Assembly (NCBI GenBank): GCA_018672235.1
Contig: JABHGE010000003.1
Span: 13,828 to 77,827, forward strand
Length of the DNA stretch: 64,000 nucleotides
Source: Fidelibacterota bacterium
GTDB taxonomy: Bacteria; Fidelibacterota; Marinisomatia; Marinisomatales; Marinisomataceae
Direction: 5' to 3'
Shown: positions 27,858 through 39,483 of the stretch, in pieces
How positions within the stretch are numbered: position 1 is the stretch's first letter
Layout: every line of letters begins with the position of its first letter
Program-made: the position numbers and the translations under genes
Notes under the pieces: model-generated
What the model saw: only the letters and a program-made list of their open reading frames with translations
What the model was told of the DNA's origin: nothing
Databases searched by the model: none

Positions 27858-30800
27858 TTATTTAAAATATTCTTGCAACGGCTTGACATTCACTTTATCT
27901 AAATTTGACATGGCTACTATAGCAGCCTTTGCTCCTGAAAGAGTTGTGATAGTAAGAATATTTTTCATCACTGAATTTTTTCCAATGGCTTCTTCATCAT
28001 ATCGTGACTGAGCACCTATTGGGGTATTAATAACCAACTGAATATTATCATTTAAAATCTCATCTACTACATTTGGACGACCTTCTCCTACTTTAAAAAT
28101 AGAAGTACACTCTATATCATTTTTCTTGAAGAACTCTGCAGTGCCTTTTGTGGCAATGATATTAAAATTAAGTTTTACAAGACCTTTAATGATTGGCAGA
28201 GATCTTTTTTTATCTATATCAGCAATAGAAACAAATGCTGTACCTTCTTTAGGGACAGTATAGCCATCTGACTGCATTGCTTTTAAAAATGCTGCACCTG
28301 AATTATTATCTATCCCCATTACTTCGCCAGTAGATTTCATTTCTGGCCCTAGAAATATTTTCTCATTTTTAAATTTTTTAAACGGCAATACTGCTTTCTT
28401 AACAGCGATGTGCTCAAAGATACTTTCTTTTAAATTGAAATCTTTTATTTTTTTTCCTACTGATAGTTGGGCGGCAATATTTGCTAATGCGACATTACTA
28501 TATTTACTTACAAAAGGGACGGTTCTACTTGACCTTGGATTTACCTCCAACACATAAACATTTTTACCCTTTACCGCAAATTGTAAATTAATTAGCCCTA
28601 TAACATTTAACTCTAATGCTAATTTTGTGGTCATATTAATAATATCTTTTTTGACTTTAGCGCTCATATCATAAGGTGGTAATACACATGACGAGTCTCC
28701 AGAGTGAACTCCAGCTTCTTCGATATGTTGCATAATTCCTGCAATGAACACTTCTTCTCCGTCACATAAAGCATCTACATCAAATTCAAATGCATTCTCA
28801 ATAAATTGATCAATAAGTATTGGATGATCGCTCGTTGCTTCAGCAGAGCGGAATACATAATCTACAAGTTGTTCTTTGTTATATACAATTTGCATTGCTC
28901 TTCCACCTAAAACATAACTTGGTCTCACGAGGACTGGGAATTGGGCAATTTGAGAAAAGTTCATCATTTCATCATAATTTTTTGCAATACAATATTCTGG
29001 TATTTGAATTTTCAATTTCTTAACAATCTTAGCAAATTCTTCTCTATTTTCTGCTAAATCAATACTCGCTGCTGATGTCCCAAATATTTTTACACCTTCT
29101 TTTGTTAATTGTTCTGCAATTTTTAAAGGTGTTTGTCCGCCAAATTGCACAAACACCCCATCAGGTTTTTCAAATTCAATAATATTCATAACATCTTCGA
29201 ATGTAATTGGCTCAAAATAAAGTCTGTCAGCTAAATCAAAATCTGTAGAAACAGTTTCTGGATTGCAATTTACCATAATCGATTTAAACCCAGCTTCTCT
29301 AAGTCCATATACAGCCTGTACACAACAATAATCAAATTCAATTCCTTGGCCTATTCGATTTGGCCCACCACCTAAAATCATTACTTTTTGACCGTCAAGA
29401 GGTTTAATATCATGAGTAGATTCATAGGTAGAATATGAATATGGCGTTTCTGCAGTAAATTCTCCAGCACAAGTATCTACTACCTTATAAACAGGTTTTA
29501 AATTTTTTTCATTTCTAATTTTTCTAATTTCAGGAGCAGTATGATTGGTTAATGCTGCTATCTGTATATCTGAAAATCCATTTTTTTTAAGTAGCTCTAA
29601 ATCATCTAATGAGTTATGATGATTTTCTAGATATACAATCTCTGCAATCTCATGTAAAAACCAAGGATCAATTCCTGTATTACTATGAATTTCTTCAATA
29701 GTAAACTCTTGTTTAATGGCTTCTTTTACTTTTAAAATTCTAAAAGCGCTCCCATCATTTAAAGAGGAGATATCTAATGAGCGATATCGTTTAATCTCTG
29801 GGTCTTCATTCCTTGGATCTTTAGTGGCAAGTCCTGGTAAATTTAATTCTAAAGATCGAAATGCTTTTTGGAATGATTCTCTAAATGTTCTACCAATAGA
29901 CATTGCTTCACCGACAGATTGCATTTGTACCCCCAACTTACCAGAAGCAGAGGGAAATTTTTCAAAATCAAATCTTGGTAATTTTGTTACGATATAATCA
30001 ATAGTAGGCTCAAAAGCTGCTAAGGTTTTATTGGTAATATCATTTTTTAGTTCATCTAAAGAATATCCAACTGCTAATTTTGCCGCTATTTTTGCAATAG
30101 GGAATCCTGTTGCTTTTGACGCCAGGGCAGATGATCGACTTACTCTAGGATTCATTTCAATAATCACCATTCTACCATCTTTTGGATTTACTGCAAACTG
30201 GACATTAGACCCTCCTGTGTCGACTCCAATCTTTCTAATACATTTAATTGCTGCATTTCTCATGTTTTGAAATTCTTTATCAGTTAAAGTCATAGCGGGA
30301 GCAACTGTAATTGAGTCTCCCGTGTGAATTCCCATGGGATCTATATTTTCAATAGAACAGATAATAATAACATTATCATTGGGGTCACGTATTAGCTCTA
30401 GCTCATATTCTTTCCAGCCCAATAAATATTCCTCTACTAGAACTTGTCCTGTAGGACTTTCTTTGAGACCCTGCTCTGTAGATTCTTCAAATTCTTGCTC
30501 ATTATATGCTACAGATCCACCTGACCCACCTAAGGTAAAAGAAGGTCTAATAATTGCGGGTAACGCAATCTTTTCTAATAATTTTTTACCTTCTTCTACA
30601 GATTGAATAGTATGTCCATATGGTAAATCTAAACCAATCTCTAGCATCGCCTCTTTAAATTTTTCTCTACTTTCAGCTGTTTCAATTGCTTTTTTATTAG
30701 CTCCAATTAACTCTACATCATATTTAGCCAATATTCCCCTATCATCTAAATCCATTGCGACGTTTAAGGCGGTTTGTCCTCCAACGGTAGGTAGTATAGC

Positions 30801-31052
30801 ATCAGGTTTTTCTTTCTGAATAATTGCTTCAACATATTCTACTGTAATGGGCTCAATATATGTTCTATCTGAGAATTGAGGATCTGTCATAATAGTGGCT
30901 GGGTTGGAATTAATTAATACAACTTTATAGCCTTCTTCTCTTAATGCTTTAATAGCTTGCGTACCTGAATAATCAAATTCACACCCTTGCCCAATAACAA
31001 TTGGGCCTGCACCAATTACTAAAATAGTTTTAATGTCTGTTCTTTTAGGCAT
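27858..31052 (-). CDS. carB: Carbamoyl-phosphate synthase large subunit
   Basis: [40 protein letters not shown] and [15 protein letters not shown] motifs; MGS domain. Confidence 0.98.
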   Translation of the reverse strand: MPKRTDIKTILVIGAGPIVIGQGCEFDYSGTQAIKALREEGYKVVLINSNPATIMTDPQFSDRTYIEPITVEYVEAIIQKEKPDAILPTVGGQTALNVAMDLDDRGILAKYDVELIGANKKAIETAESREKFKEAMLEIGLDLPYGHTIQSVEEGKKLLEKIALPAIIRPSFTLGGSGGSVAYNEQEFEESTEQGLKESPTGQVLVEEYLLGWKEYELELIRDPNDNVIIICSIENIDPMGIHTGDSITVAPAMTLTDKEFQNMRNAAIKCIRKIGVDTGGSNVQFAVNPKDGRMVIIEMNPRVSRSSALASKATGFPIAKIAAKLAVGYSLDELKNDITNKTLAAFEPTIDYIVTKLPRFDFEKFPSASGKLGVQMQSVGEAMSIGRTFRESFQKAFRSLELNLPGLATKDPRNEDPEIKRYRSLDISSLNDGSAFRILKVKEAIKQEFTIEEIHSNTGIDPWFLHEIAEIVYLENHHNSLDDLELLKKNGFSDIQIAALTNHTAPEIRKIRNEKNLKPVYKVVDTCAGEFTAETPYSYSTYESTHDIKPLDGQKVMILGGGPNRIGQGIEFDYCCVQAVYGLREAGFKSIMVNCNPETVSTDFDLADRLYFEPITFEDVMNIIEFEKPDGVFVQFGGQTPLKIAEQLTKEGVKIFGTSAASIDLAENREEFAKIVKKLKIQIPEYCIAKNYDEMMNFSQIAQFPVLVRPSYVLGGRAMQIVYNKEQLVDYVFRSAEATSDHPILIDQFIENAFEFDVDALCDGEEVFIAGIMQHIEEAGVHSGDSSCVLPPYDMSAKVKKDIINMTTKLALELNVIGLINLQFAVKGKNVYVLEVNPRSSRTVPFVSKYSNVALANIAAQLSVGKKIKDFNLKESIFEHIAVKKAVLPFKKFKNEKIFLGPEMKSTGEVMGIDNNSGAAFLKAMQSDGYTVPKEGTAFVSIADIDKKRSLPIIKGLVKLNFNIIATKGTAEFFKKNDIECTSIFKVGEGRPNVVDEILNDNIQLVINTPIGAQSRYDEEAIGKNSVMKNILTITTLSGAKAAIVAMSNLDKVNVKPLQEYFK

Positions 31053-32139
31053 TTGAATCCATCATTTTAAAAAAATTATCAAACACATATCTTGAGTCGT
31101 GTGGACCGGGACTTGCTTCTGGATGATATTGAACAGAGTAAGCTTGCATCTCTTCGCATGCAATACCCGCAACTGTATTATCGTTAAGATGCGTATGAGT
31201 TATTGTAATATTAGAAGCTAATGAATCTTCGCTGACTGCAAAACCATGATTCTGTGATGTGATTTCAATCTTATTGGTATTTAAATTTTTTACAGGCTGA
31301 TTAATACCTCTATGTCCAAATTTCATTTTAAATGTTTGTGCTTCCAAAGCTAGTGCTAGAATTTGATGTCCAAGACAAATACCAAATATTGGTTTTATAC
31401 CTAGCAATTGTTTTACTGTTTCAATTCCATATGATACAGCAGCAGGGTCTCCTGGGCCATTTGATAGAAATACTCCATCAGGATTATAGTCCAATACTTC
31501 TTGAGCGCTAACAGATGCTGGAAAAATTACTACTTCAGAATTTTTGTCGAGTAATATATCATAAATATTACTTTTCATTCCATAGTCAATAGCTGCAATT
31601 TTATACTTTGGATTTTTTACATTAGATAAAATAGTTTTTTCTTTTCTAGAGACTTCTTTTGCTAGGTCTAAACCTTCCATTGAAGGTATTTTTTTTATTT
31701 TTTTAGCTAAGCTATCAATATCAAAATCTTTAGTGGAAATAATGCCTTTCATCGATCCATTACTTCTAATATGAATAGTAAGTGCTCGAGTATCAATATC
31801 TTGTATCCCCACTACTTTATTTGATTTTAAAAATTTATCTAAAGATTCGCTAGATCTCCAATTGGAAGGTGACAATGATTCGCTTTTGATAATCAAGCCT
31901 GTAGCATACACATTTGGAGATTCTATATCAGAGCTATTGGTACCATAGTTACCAATATGTGGACTACACATAACAATCATTTGTTTTGCGTAAGACGGGT
32001 CTGTTAAAATTTCTTGGTACCCTGTCATTCCAGTATTAAAACATACTTCACCGGAAGTTTCCCCTAATGCACCAAGATTTTTTCCTTTAAAAAAAAGACC
32101 ATCCTCTAAATACAGGATAGCCTTTTGCTGTTTTCGCAT
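31045..32139 (-). CDS. carA: Carbamoyl-phosphate synthase small subunit
   Basis: [32 protein letters not shown] and [12 protein letters not shown] motifs. Confidence 0.98.
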   Translation of the reverse strand: MRKQQKAILYLEDGLFFKGKNLGALGETSGEVCFNTGMTGYQEILTDPSYAKQMIVMCSPHIGNYGTNSSDIESPNVYATGLIIKSESLSPSNWRSSESLDKFLKSNKVVGIQDIDTRALTIHIRSNGSMKGIISTKDFDIDSLAKKIKKIPSMEGLDLAKEVSRKEKTILSNVKNPKYKIAAIDYGMKSNIYDILLDKNSEVVIFPASVSAQEVLDYNPDGVFLSNGPGDPAAVSYGIETVKQLLGIKPIFGICLGHQILALALEAQTFKMKFGHRGINQPVKNLNTNKIEITSQNHGFAVSEDSLASNITITHTHLNDNTVAGIACEEMQAYSVQYHPEASPGPHDSRYVFDNFFKMMDSNA

Positions 32140-32168
32140 GAGTAGATTTTACCTCATATCTATCAAAA

Positions 32169-32933
32169 TTAAAACCTTATTTTTTTACCTGTTGCCATTG
32201 TTTTTACTGCTGCGACAGTTGAAACAGTTGCAAAAATAATTAAAAAAATAAAAGAAGATTTAAATGAAGCATCAGAAACTCCTAGAGTTGTATACCTTAA
32301 AGTGCTAATAGCGTAAAAAATTGGATTTACTAAACTGATATTCATTGCCCACACTGGTAGCATCTTTATAGAATAGAAAATTCCACCCAAGAAGCTAAAT
32401 GGAGTAATTATAAAGTTTTGAATTAATGCTAGCTGATCCCATGAATCAGAAAGTTGCCCAATTAATAATCCTAAGCTTGCAAAAGACCATGATACTAAAA
32501 AAATTGCCACTAAAGTTAAAAATAAATCGTTAATTGGCATGCCAGCCAGCCAACAAATTAGTAAAATTAATGTACCGTTAACAAAACCTCTGACGGCACC
32601 TCCAATAATGAACGACAAAGATAGTTCTAGGCTAGATAGCGGAGTAATTAATAGTTCTGGAAGTGTTTGAAGTAACTTCATTTGTAACATAGAAGACGCT
32701 GCGTTTGCTGTAGCATTAGTAATAACATTCATCATCAATAACCCTGGTAAAATATATATTTTATATGACACCCCGCCGATTTCAGATATTCTATTTTCAA
32801 GCGCTACACCAAAAACAAATATGTATAACAATGTTGTTACTACTCCCGGAATAAGAGTTTGCTTCCATACAGAAAAGAACCGCATTACTTCTTTTGATGA
32901 TAAAGTATAAAAACCTACCCAATTACTAATCAT
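32169..32933 (-). CDS. ABC-2 type exporter permease (YadH-like)
   Basis: KEVMRFF..W.QTL.P, Y..YILPGLLMM, TPFSFLGGIFYS and NPIFY motifs. Confidence 0.88.
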   Translation of the reverse strand: MISNWVGFYTLSSKEVMRFFSVWKQTLIPGVVTTLLYIFVFGVALENRISEIGGVSYKIYILPGLLMMNVITNATANAASSMLQMKLLQTLPELLITPLSSLELSLSFIIGGAVRGFVNGTLILLICWLAGMPINDLFLTLVAIFLVSWSFASLGLLIGQLSDSWDQLALIQNFIITPFSFLGGIFYSIKMLPVWAMNISLVNPIFYAISTLRYTTLGVSDASFKSSFIFLIIFATVSTVAAVKTMATGKKIRF

Positions 32934-33852
32934 TGATTTTTCTCCCAGTCAGCTCTAAAAAGACGTCCTCTAATGATGCTTGTGATAATTGTATATCTTC
33001 TATTTTGATATTATTTTCTGACAACTTGAGAATAATTTCTGGTAAGTCTGAATTTGGTGTTTTTGTTAATATTTCTATTTTGCTTTGATCAATAGATGGA
33101 TTAAAATTATTTAATATTTTGTCCAAGTTTAAAAAAATTCCTTTGGTATGAATTGTAATTCCAGACTTGTTAACCATATTTTTTAAATTTTTAACTGTAT
33201 CTTCTACAATTAATTTTCCGCTATCTATAATTCCCACTCTTTCGCATAATAATTCTGCTTCATCAATATAATGAGTTGTTAATAAGATAGTTTTTCCTTC
33301 TGCGTGCAACTCTTTTAAGTATTCCCACAAATCATGTCTAAGCTCTACATCTACTCCGGCAGTAGGCTCATCTAAAATTAAAATTTGTGGATCATGTACT
33401 AGTGCTTTAGCAATTTGTAATCGTCTTTTCATCCCACCAGAAAGCATGCGCATTTTTTTCTTTCTATGCTCATAAAGACCTAATTTTTCTAAAATATATT
33501 CGATTCTTTTTTTTGAATTTTTTCTAGTAATACCATAAAAACCAGCTTGATAATAAAGGAGTTCTTCTAGGGGAAAGAACCAATCATTACTTAGTTCTTG
33601 TGACGCAATGCCAACTTGAGATCTAGCATACCTAAAGTCTGATACAATATCTTTTCCTAAAATCTTTACTTCTCCAGAAGTAGGTTTAACTAGACTTGTA
33701 ATAGCATTAATGGTCGTAGATTTTCCTGCTCCGTTAGGCCCAAGTAAACCATAAAATTCTCCCTTCTTAATAGATAAATCAATGCCTTTTACAGCATGTA
33801 CATTATCATATTTTTTATGAAGATTTTTTATTTCAATGCCAAGACTTTTCAA
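32926..33852 (-). CDS. ABC transporter ATP-binding protein (YadG-like)
   Basis: GPNGAGKST, LSGGMKRRL, LILDEPTAGVD and TTHY motifs; TTG start. Confidence 0.93.
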   Translation of the reverse strand: MKSLGIEIKNLHKKYDNVHAVKGIDLSIKKGEFYGLLGPNGAGKSTTINAITSLVKPTSGEVKILGKDIVSDFRYARSQVGIASQELSNDWFFPLEELLYYQAGFYGITRKNSKKRIEYILEKLGLYEHRKKKMRMLSGGMKRRLQIAKALVHDPQILILDEPTAGVDVELRHDLWEYLKELHAEGKTILLTTHYIDEAELLCERVGIIDSGKLIVEDTVKNLKNMVNKSGITIHTKGIFLNLDKILNNFNPSIDQSKIEILTKTPNSDLPEIILKLSENNIKIEDIQLSQASLEDVFLELTGRKIND

Positions 33853-35013
33853 CTATTTTCCCCTTTGGATTTTATATATAGCTCCTAAATAGTCCACTAT
33901 ATAGAGCTCATTATAAATATCTTCTCCAAAAGATGCAATCATATGCTTGCCAGAAGATAAAATAGATTCTGTAATTTCAATAATTTCATTATTTCTTTGA
34001 TTAAAAGCCCAAATTTTTCCACTACAAAAATCAGAAAATATATATAGCCCATAGATTGCTTTAATTTTTTCTCCTCTATATATATAGCCCCCCGTAACAG
34101 AGCATCCTGTAATATTTTTTTCTTGAAGCCCCATTATACTTTTCCAATAAGCAGCATCACTTGGATACTCTAGCATAGGGTCTGTATAGATTGTTTTGTT
34201 ACATTCTGGGTCAGCATAACAATGATTTCCTTCCATAATATTCCAACCAAAATTTATCCCTGCACTATCAAATGCTAAGTAATTGATTTCCTCCCAAGAG
34301 TCTTGACCTACATCTCCAATAAACATATCTCCGTTAACAGAATCAAATGAGAACCTCCATGGATTTCTTAATCCATATGCCCATATTTCTTGCTTTTGAT
34401 ATTCAGACCCATAAAATGGATTATCTTTTGGAATATCATAATTATTATCACTATTAATATCGATGCGCAATATTTTTCCAAAATAATTAGCTGTATTTTG
34501 TGCGTGATTAAAAGGGTCTCCAAATTTTCCACCATCTCCAAATGATATATAAAGATAATTATCGATGGGACTAAATTCTAAGTGGCCGCCATTGTGATTA
34601 TTAAATGGTTGCTTAAAATAAAAAAGTTTTTTTTCTGAATTAATATCTGCTTTTAATTTATTATTTGAAACTTTGAATCGAGAAACAACAGAATAATTCT
34701 CTGTATCTACATAAGACACATAAAAAAACCCATTATTATTGTAGTCAGGATCAAAGGTCATCCCCAATAATCCTCTTTCATCTGGCATGGGCTTAATTGT
34801 AATATGGTTGCTTAAATCTAAAAAAAGGGAAGTGGAATTTTTTTCTTTAATAAGAATCTCGCCTGTTTGCTGTACAATATACATGATATTAGTTTTTGGT
34901 TCAAAACGTACAAGCAAAGGACGCTTTAAATCTTGTGCAATGATTTGAGAATCAACGGTGATAGTATTTTGTGAAAGAAGAATAGAAAAAAATAAGATAA
35001 AATATTTTAACAT
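33853..35013 (-). CDS. PQQ-dependent sugar dehydrogenase (glucose/sorbosone DH family), secreted
   Basis: ERGLLGM.F.P, NHNGG, GDGG, GKILRID, AYGLRNPWRFSFD, DVGQ..WEE and NFGW motifs. Confidence 0.88.
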   Translation of the reverse strand: MLKYFILFFSILLSQNTITVDSQIIAQDLKRPLLVRFEPKTNIMYIVQQTGEILIKEKNSTSLFLDLSNHITIKPMPDERGLLGMTFDPDYNNNGFFYVSYVDTENYSVVSRFKVSNNKLKADINSEKKLFYFKQPFNNHNGGHLEFSPIDNYLYISFGDGGKFGDPFNHAQNTANYFGKILRIDINSDNNYDIPKDNPFYGSEYQKQEIWAYGLRNPWRFSFDSVNGDMFIGDVGQDSWEEINYLAFDSAGINFGWNIMEGNHCYADPECNKTIYTDPMLEYPSDAAYWKSIMGLQEKNITGCSVTGGYIYRGEKIKAIYGLYIFSDFCSGKIWAFNQRNNEIIEITESILSSGKHMIASFGEDIYNELYIVDYLGAIYKIQRGK

Positions 35014-35015
35014 AT

Positions 35016-37022
35016 TCAGCTAACAAAGCTTTCTAGTTGATCTTCATTTATAATTTTTATATTCAATGCTCTAGCTTTTTCTAGCTTTGATCCTGCATTA
35101 TTTCCTATAATCAAAAAACTTGTTTTAGAAGAGACAGTATTTGTCACTCTACCGCCTTTTTTCTCTAAAAGCTCTTTGACTTCGGTGCGATTATATTCTT
35201 TAAAACTACCAGTAATAACAAATATCATGTCTTTAAATTGACTAGAATTTTTAAATATAGTTTTTTCAATTGTTACGCCATTAATCAGGCAATTATTTAA
35301 AGTTTTTCTATTCGAAGGGCTATTAAAAAATTCTATAATTGATTGAGCTACGACTAGACCAATACCATCAATACTTTCTAACTCTTCAATCGAAAGTATA
35401 GATAATTTTTCAACAGAAGACTGACAATATTTATCTAGTATTTTGGAAATGTGTTGTCCAACGTTAGATATACCAAGTGCAAATATAAATCTTGGGAACG
35501 TAGCGTATTTAGCATTGTTGATAGCATTAATTAAGTTATTTGCAGACTTATCTTGAAATCTATCAAGCATAACAAGGTCAGAGTATGATAAAGTAAATAG
35601 ATCGTCTATCTTTTTAACAAGATTGCTATCTATTAATTGTTCTACAATTTGAATTCCTAACCCATCAATGTTCATAGCATTTTTTGAACAGAAATGTTCT
35701 ATTGCTCCCCGTACTTTAGCTTTACAATTGGGATTATCACATCTGTATGCAGCTTCGCCTTGTAAGCGCGTAATAACAGAATGGCATGAAGGACAATTAT
35801 AGTTCGATATATCAAACCTTATTGCATTCTTAGGTCTTTTTTCTACTATAATATTAGAAATTTTTGGAATAACATCTCCAGCCCTTTGTACTAGTGCATA
35901 GTCATTAATGCGGATATCTTTTTTATCAATCTCATCCTGATTGTGTAAAGTAGCACTACTAATTATTGCTCCAGAGATCTCCACTTCTTTAATCTTTGCT
36001 ACGGGAGTAATCACTCCTGTACGTCCTACTTGAAGTGTAATATCTAATATCTGTGTTTCTGCGTCTTTTGATTTGAATTTTGCAGCAATTGCCCATCTTG
36101 GAGATCGAGCCCTTTGTCCTAAATCAGATCTTAATAAATAATCATCGACCTTAATAACAGACCCATCAATTTCATACCCAATATTCTCTCTCTGACTTTC
36201 TAGGGTTTGGTGATAACGAACCATCTTCTCAATATTGTCAATCTTTTCTGCTAAAGGATTAACGGGTAGTCCTATATATCGTAAATACGATAACATATCC
36301 CAATGACTATTAATATCTAGGCCTTTACTTGAGCCAATTTCATAGCAAAATATAGATAATTTTCTTTTTGCGGTAATATGTGGGTCTAACTGCCTAACGC
36401 TTCCTGCAGCTGCATTTCTAGCATTTGCAAATAATTTTTCATCAGACTGCTCTCTTACTTGATTCAACTTCTTAAAATCAGATTTTAGCATAAAAATTTC
36501 ACCTCTAATTTCAATAAACTCTGGGTAGTTATCTTTATTCCCCCTTAAAATCATAGGAATAGCATTAATTGTTTTAATATTGTGCGTAATATCTTCTCCA
36601 GAGTAACCATCTCCTCTGGTAAGAGCGCGTACTAAATGTCCGTTTTTATAGACTAGCGAAACTCCTAAACCGTCAATCTTTGGCTCTGCAACATAAGAGG
36701 TTCTGTCTTCGCTTAGCCACTTATTAATTCTTTTATTAAAATCATGAATCTCTTGTTCATTAATAGCATTAGATAAGGACAGCATTGGGGTTTCGTGATT
36801 ATGGCTCTGAAAGCCACTTTTTATGGGATGGCCAACTCTTTGAGTTGGAGACGAAATTTCTATTAATTCTGGATGCTCTTTTTCAAGAGATTCTAATTGC
36901 CTAAATAATTGATCATATTCTGCATCACTTAAATGAGGTTCATCTAATACATAATATGCATAGTTGTGTTGATTAATTTTATCAGTTAGATAATTTATTT
37001 TTTCTTTAGTCTTTGATTCCAT
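35016..37022 (-). CDS. ligA: NAD-dependent DNA ligase
   Basis: EPKIDG, TRGDG, EIRGE, NARNAAAGS and PRWAIAAK motifs, zinc finger CPSC...C...C, BRCT domain. Confidence 0.98.
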   Translation of the reverse strand: MESKTKEKINYLTDKINQHNYAYYVLDEPHLSDAEYDQLFRQLESLEKEHPELIEISSPTQRVGHPIKSGFQSHNHETPMLSLSNAINEQEIHDFNKRINKWLSEDRTSYVAEPKIDGLGVSLVYKNGHLVRALTRGDGYSGEDITHNIKTINAIPMILRGNKDNYPEFIEIRGEIFMLKSDFKKLNQVREQSDEKLFANARNAAAGSVRQLDPHITAKRKLSIFCYEIGSSKGLDINSHWDMLSYLRYIGLPVNPLAEKIDNIEKMVRYHQTLESQRENIGYEIDGSVIKVDDYLLRSDLGQRARSPRWAIAAKFKSKDAETQILDITLQVGRTGVITPVAKIKEVEISGAIISSATLHNQDEIDKKDIRINDYALVQRAGDVIPKISNIIVEKRPKNAIRFDISNYNCPSCHSVITRLQGEAAYRCDNPNCKAKVRGAIEHFCSKNAMNIDGLGIQIVEQLIDSNLVKKIDDLFTLSYSDLVMLDRFQDKSANNLINAINNAKYATFPRFIFALGISNVGQHISKILDKYCQSSVEKLSILSIEELESIDGIGLVVAQSIIEFFNSPSNRKTLNNCLINGVTIEKTIFKNSSQFKDMIFVITGSFKEYNRTEVKELLEKKGGRVTNTVSSKTSFLIIGNNAGSKLEKARALNIKIINEDQLESFVS

Positions 37023-37966
37023 AATATCCCTAAAAATCCAACCATACTTATCGCCAGTATTAGTTGTACTCTAAATTTATTGATTCTAATCGAATTAGCA
37101 TACATTTTGAATTCATCTTTTGCAATGTCATCAAAATCAAACGACCACACTAAAACATCGTCTGAAATAGAATTTGCGTTATTGCTGCGCACAACCCCAG
37201 GTAAATTAATATTGAATTGAAAGTAGTCGTTCATCAATGCCGTATCTCTTTTAAAGTCTTTTTCATATGCATCAATCAGTATGGTCATTTCTTTAAAAAA
37301 ATTATTTGGTAAGGTGCTCGCAATAGGTTTTAAAGCATCTTTCAAAATGATTGAGGAATCTTTATCAAATTTTTCTATCAATCTTCGATCTATAGCATAT
37401 TCGAAATATGAATTGATTTGGTTGTTAATTTTTTCTGTAAAAATAGTGTTGAGATTAACCTTATTGTCATATTCTTCTAAACTAGTTTTTATAATATACT
37501 GTTTGGCTGGAGCAATCCAAGACAAAGAGTCAGCTTCTATATCTAAAAATTGAACAATAGAAGGATACTTGTCATCAATGGCTAGGCTATTAATGTTGGC
37601 AGTAAATCTATATCTCTCCCAAAAAAAATAACCACTCCTATTAACATCAATGTCATAAACTAGGCTTTCGTTATTAGTAAAACTTATTTTCCCGCTTATA
37701 GGCTCAGTAATAATAGTTTCTTTTTCCCAATTCAAACTATCTGGCAAAAAATCATTTTCTATGTTTCGAGTAATAATTTTACTAGACCATTTGATTCCAT
37801 TTATATTTTCTGGATGTAAAAAATCGCGGTCTTCTAAGTCTTCTTTATTCCCAATAGAATTATATTTAATAGAATATTCTCCAGTTGGCAAAACAGCTAT
37901 ATGTATTAAATTTTCAACACATGCTGTTAGTAGCATACATCCTGCTATTAAGAATACTCTTTTCAT
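36995..37966 (-). CDS. Hypothetical lipoprotein with C-terminal TM anchor
   Basis: Lipobox LLTAC; C-terminal 'LPGVVRSNNA...VLVWSF' followed by a TM helix and basic tail. Confidence 0.7.
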   Translation of the reverse strand: MKRVFLIAGCMLLTACVENLIHIAVLPTGEYSIKYNSIGNKEDLEDRDFLHPENINGIKWSSKIITRNIENDFLPDSLNWEKETIITEPISGKISFTNNESLVYDIDVNRSGYFFWERYRFTANINSLAIDDKYPSIVQFLDIEADSLSWIAPAKQYIIKTSLEEYDNKVNLNTIFTEKINNQINSYFEYAIDRRLIEKFDKDSSIILKDALKPIASTLPNNFFKEMTILIDAYEKDFKRDTALMNDYFQFNINLPGVVRSNNANSISDDVLVWSFDFDDIAKDEFKMYANSIRINKFRVQLILAISMVGFLGILWNQRLKKK

Positions 37967-37969
37967 GTT

Positions 37970-39058
37970 TTATGAAATTACTGTGAAATCTTTAGATGTT
38001 TTATTCAAGACGATACAACCATCCTCTGTAACAATAATATCATCTTCAATACGTACGCCGCCTATATCTTCAATATATATTCCAGGCTCTACTGTCATAA
38101 CATAGTTCGATTTCAAATAGTCTGTACTGACTTTGCTAAATCGAGGATCTTCATGTATTTCTAAGCCTAGTGAATGTCCTAATCCATGATCAAAATACTT
38201 TCCATATCCAGCGCCACTAATATGTTCTCTTGCAAGCGTATCAACTTCTTTGCATGAAACTCCTGCTTTAATTCCTTGAATACTTTTTAACTGCGCTTCT
38301 AATACAATATGATAAATTTCTTTTTGTTTTTCTGAGTAGCCTTTTGTAGCAACTGTGCGGGTCATATCTGCATGATATCCTGCATATTTTGCTCCAGAAT
38401 CAATCACCACCAACTCTCCTGGACCAATTTTTTTATTCGTTGGTCTTTGATGGGGCATGGCTGAATGGGGTCCACTTCCAACAATAGGTGAAAATGCATC
38501 TGCATCGGAATCTCCATACTTGCGATAAAGGAAAGATAGTTGATTCCCAATTTCTTGTTCTTCTACACCAATTTTTATCATTGGGAATACCTCAGCAAAA
38601 GCTTTATCAGTAATTTCTACCGCTGTTTTAATTGCTTCAATTTCTTTAGGATCTTTTTCCATTGCTAATCTTTCTATGCAGCCCACAATATTTTTCCATT
38701 TTACGTGTGATAATGTATCGCTAATCTCTGAAAACATTTGGTGAGAAACATTCTTACCATCAAAGGCAATGGTAACATCTTTTGATAAGAAGTTTTTATT
38801 CTTGATTACCTGTAAGTGAGGAATACTGTCGATAGTAATATTAGCACCTCTCACTTCATTTTTAGATTGAACAACATATCTACCATCTGTAACAAACTCG
38901 CAGCTATCAGGGCCCATCAGCAAAGAGCCGCTAGATCCAGTAAATCCACAAAGATATCTTATGTGAATAAGATTAGTGATTAACATGCCATCTACTTGTT
39001 GCTCTCCTAAAGCTGTACGTAATTTTTCTTGTCTTCTTGTAAAATATTCTGTGCTCAT
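37970..39058 (-). CDS. Xaa-Pro aminopeptidase (M24B)
   Basis: RYLCGFTGS, TDGRY, D.GA...YHADMTRT, HGLGHSLGLEIHE, TVEPGIY and GVRIEDD motifs. Confidence 0.93.
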   Translation of the reverse strand: MSTEYFTRRQEKLRTALGEQQVDGMLITNLIHIRYLCGFTGSSGSLLMGPDSCEFVTDGRYVVQSKNEVRGANITIDSIPHLQVIKNKNFLSKDVTIAFDGKNVSHQMFSEISDTLSHVKWKNIVGCIERLAMEKDPKEIEAIKTAVEITDKAFAEVFPMIKIGVEEQEIGNQLSFLYRKYGDSDADAFSPIVGSGPHSAMPHQRPTNKKIGPGELVVIDSGAKYAGYHADMTRTVATKGYSEKQKEIYHIVLEAQLKSIQGIKAGVSCKEVDTLAREHISGAGYGKYFDHGLGHSLGLEIHEDPRFSKVSTDYLKSNYVMTVEPGIYIEDIGGVRIEDDIIVTEDGCIVLNKTSKDFTVIS

Positions 39059-39483
39059 TTTTGATCCTTTTTTGTATTAAGAGTCTGTAATAATTTTTCA
39101 GCTTCTACGATTTGTTTTTTTATTTTTGAATGTTTAATAATTGCATCCAAACTTTTTTTGGCTTGTGATTTTTTACCTTGCTGTAACATTAGTTTGATAT
39201 AAGAAATAGTAACAATACTGGTATCTTTTATAATTTTTTTAGGTTTAGGTGTCGGCCTGTAATCAAGGGATATATTTGGATTTAATCTTTTAAGCTCCGT
39301 TACAATACTTTTTAATAATGGCGAATTTGACTTATTAAGAATTTCAAATAATAGAAGATAAGAAGCATAGTGGTTCACATCATGTTCAACTACGGATATA
39401 AGATATTTTTTTGCTTCTAAAAAATTTTTATTATTAAAAGCTTTTTCGCCCTTAGAATAGGTCCTATGAATGCTAGAGATCAT
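39055..39483 (-). CDS. Hypothetical protein (TPR-like helices)
   Basis: ATG 39483 overlaps the upstream stop (ATGA); helical repeat character. Confidence 0.65.
   Translation of the reverse strand: MISSIHRTYSKGEKAFNNKNFLEAKKYLISVVEHDVNHYASYLLLFEILNKSNSPLLKSIVTELKRLNPNISLDYRPTPKPKKIIKDTSIVTISYIKLMLQQGKKSQAKKSLDAIIKHSKIKKQIVEAEKLLQTLNTKKDQK

Noticed and set aside
27800..27900. Switch in gene orientation as a possible replication terminus
   Set aside because: No dif-like site seen, and orientation switches again at 51.4, 53.0, 56.2 and 58.9 kb; GC skew could not be computed.
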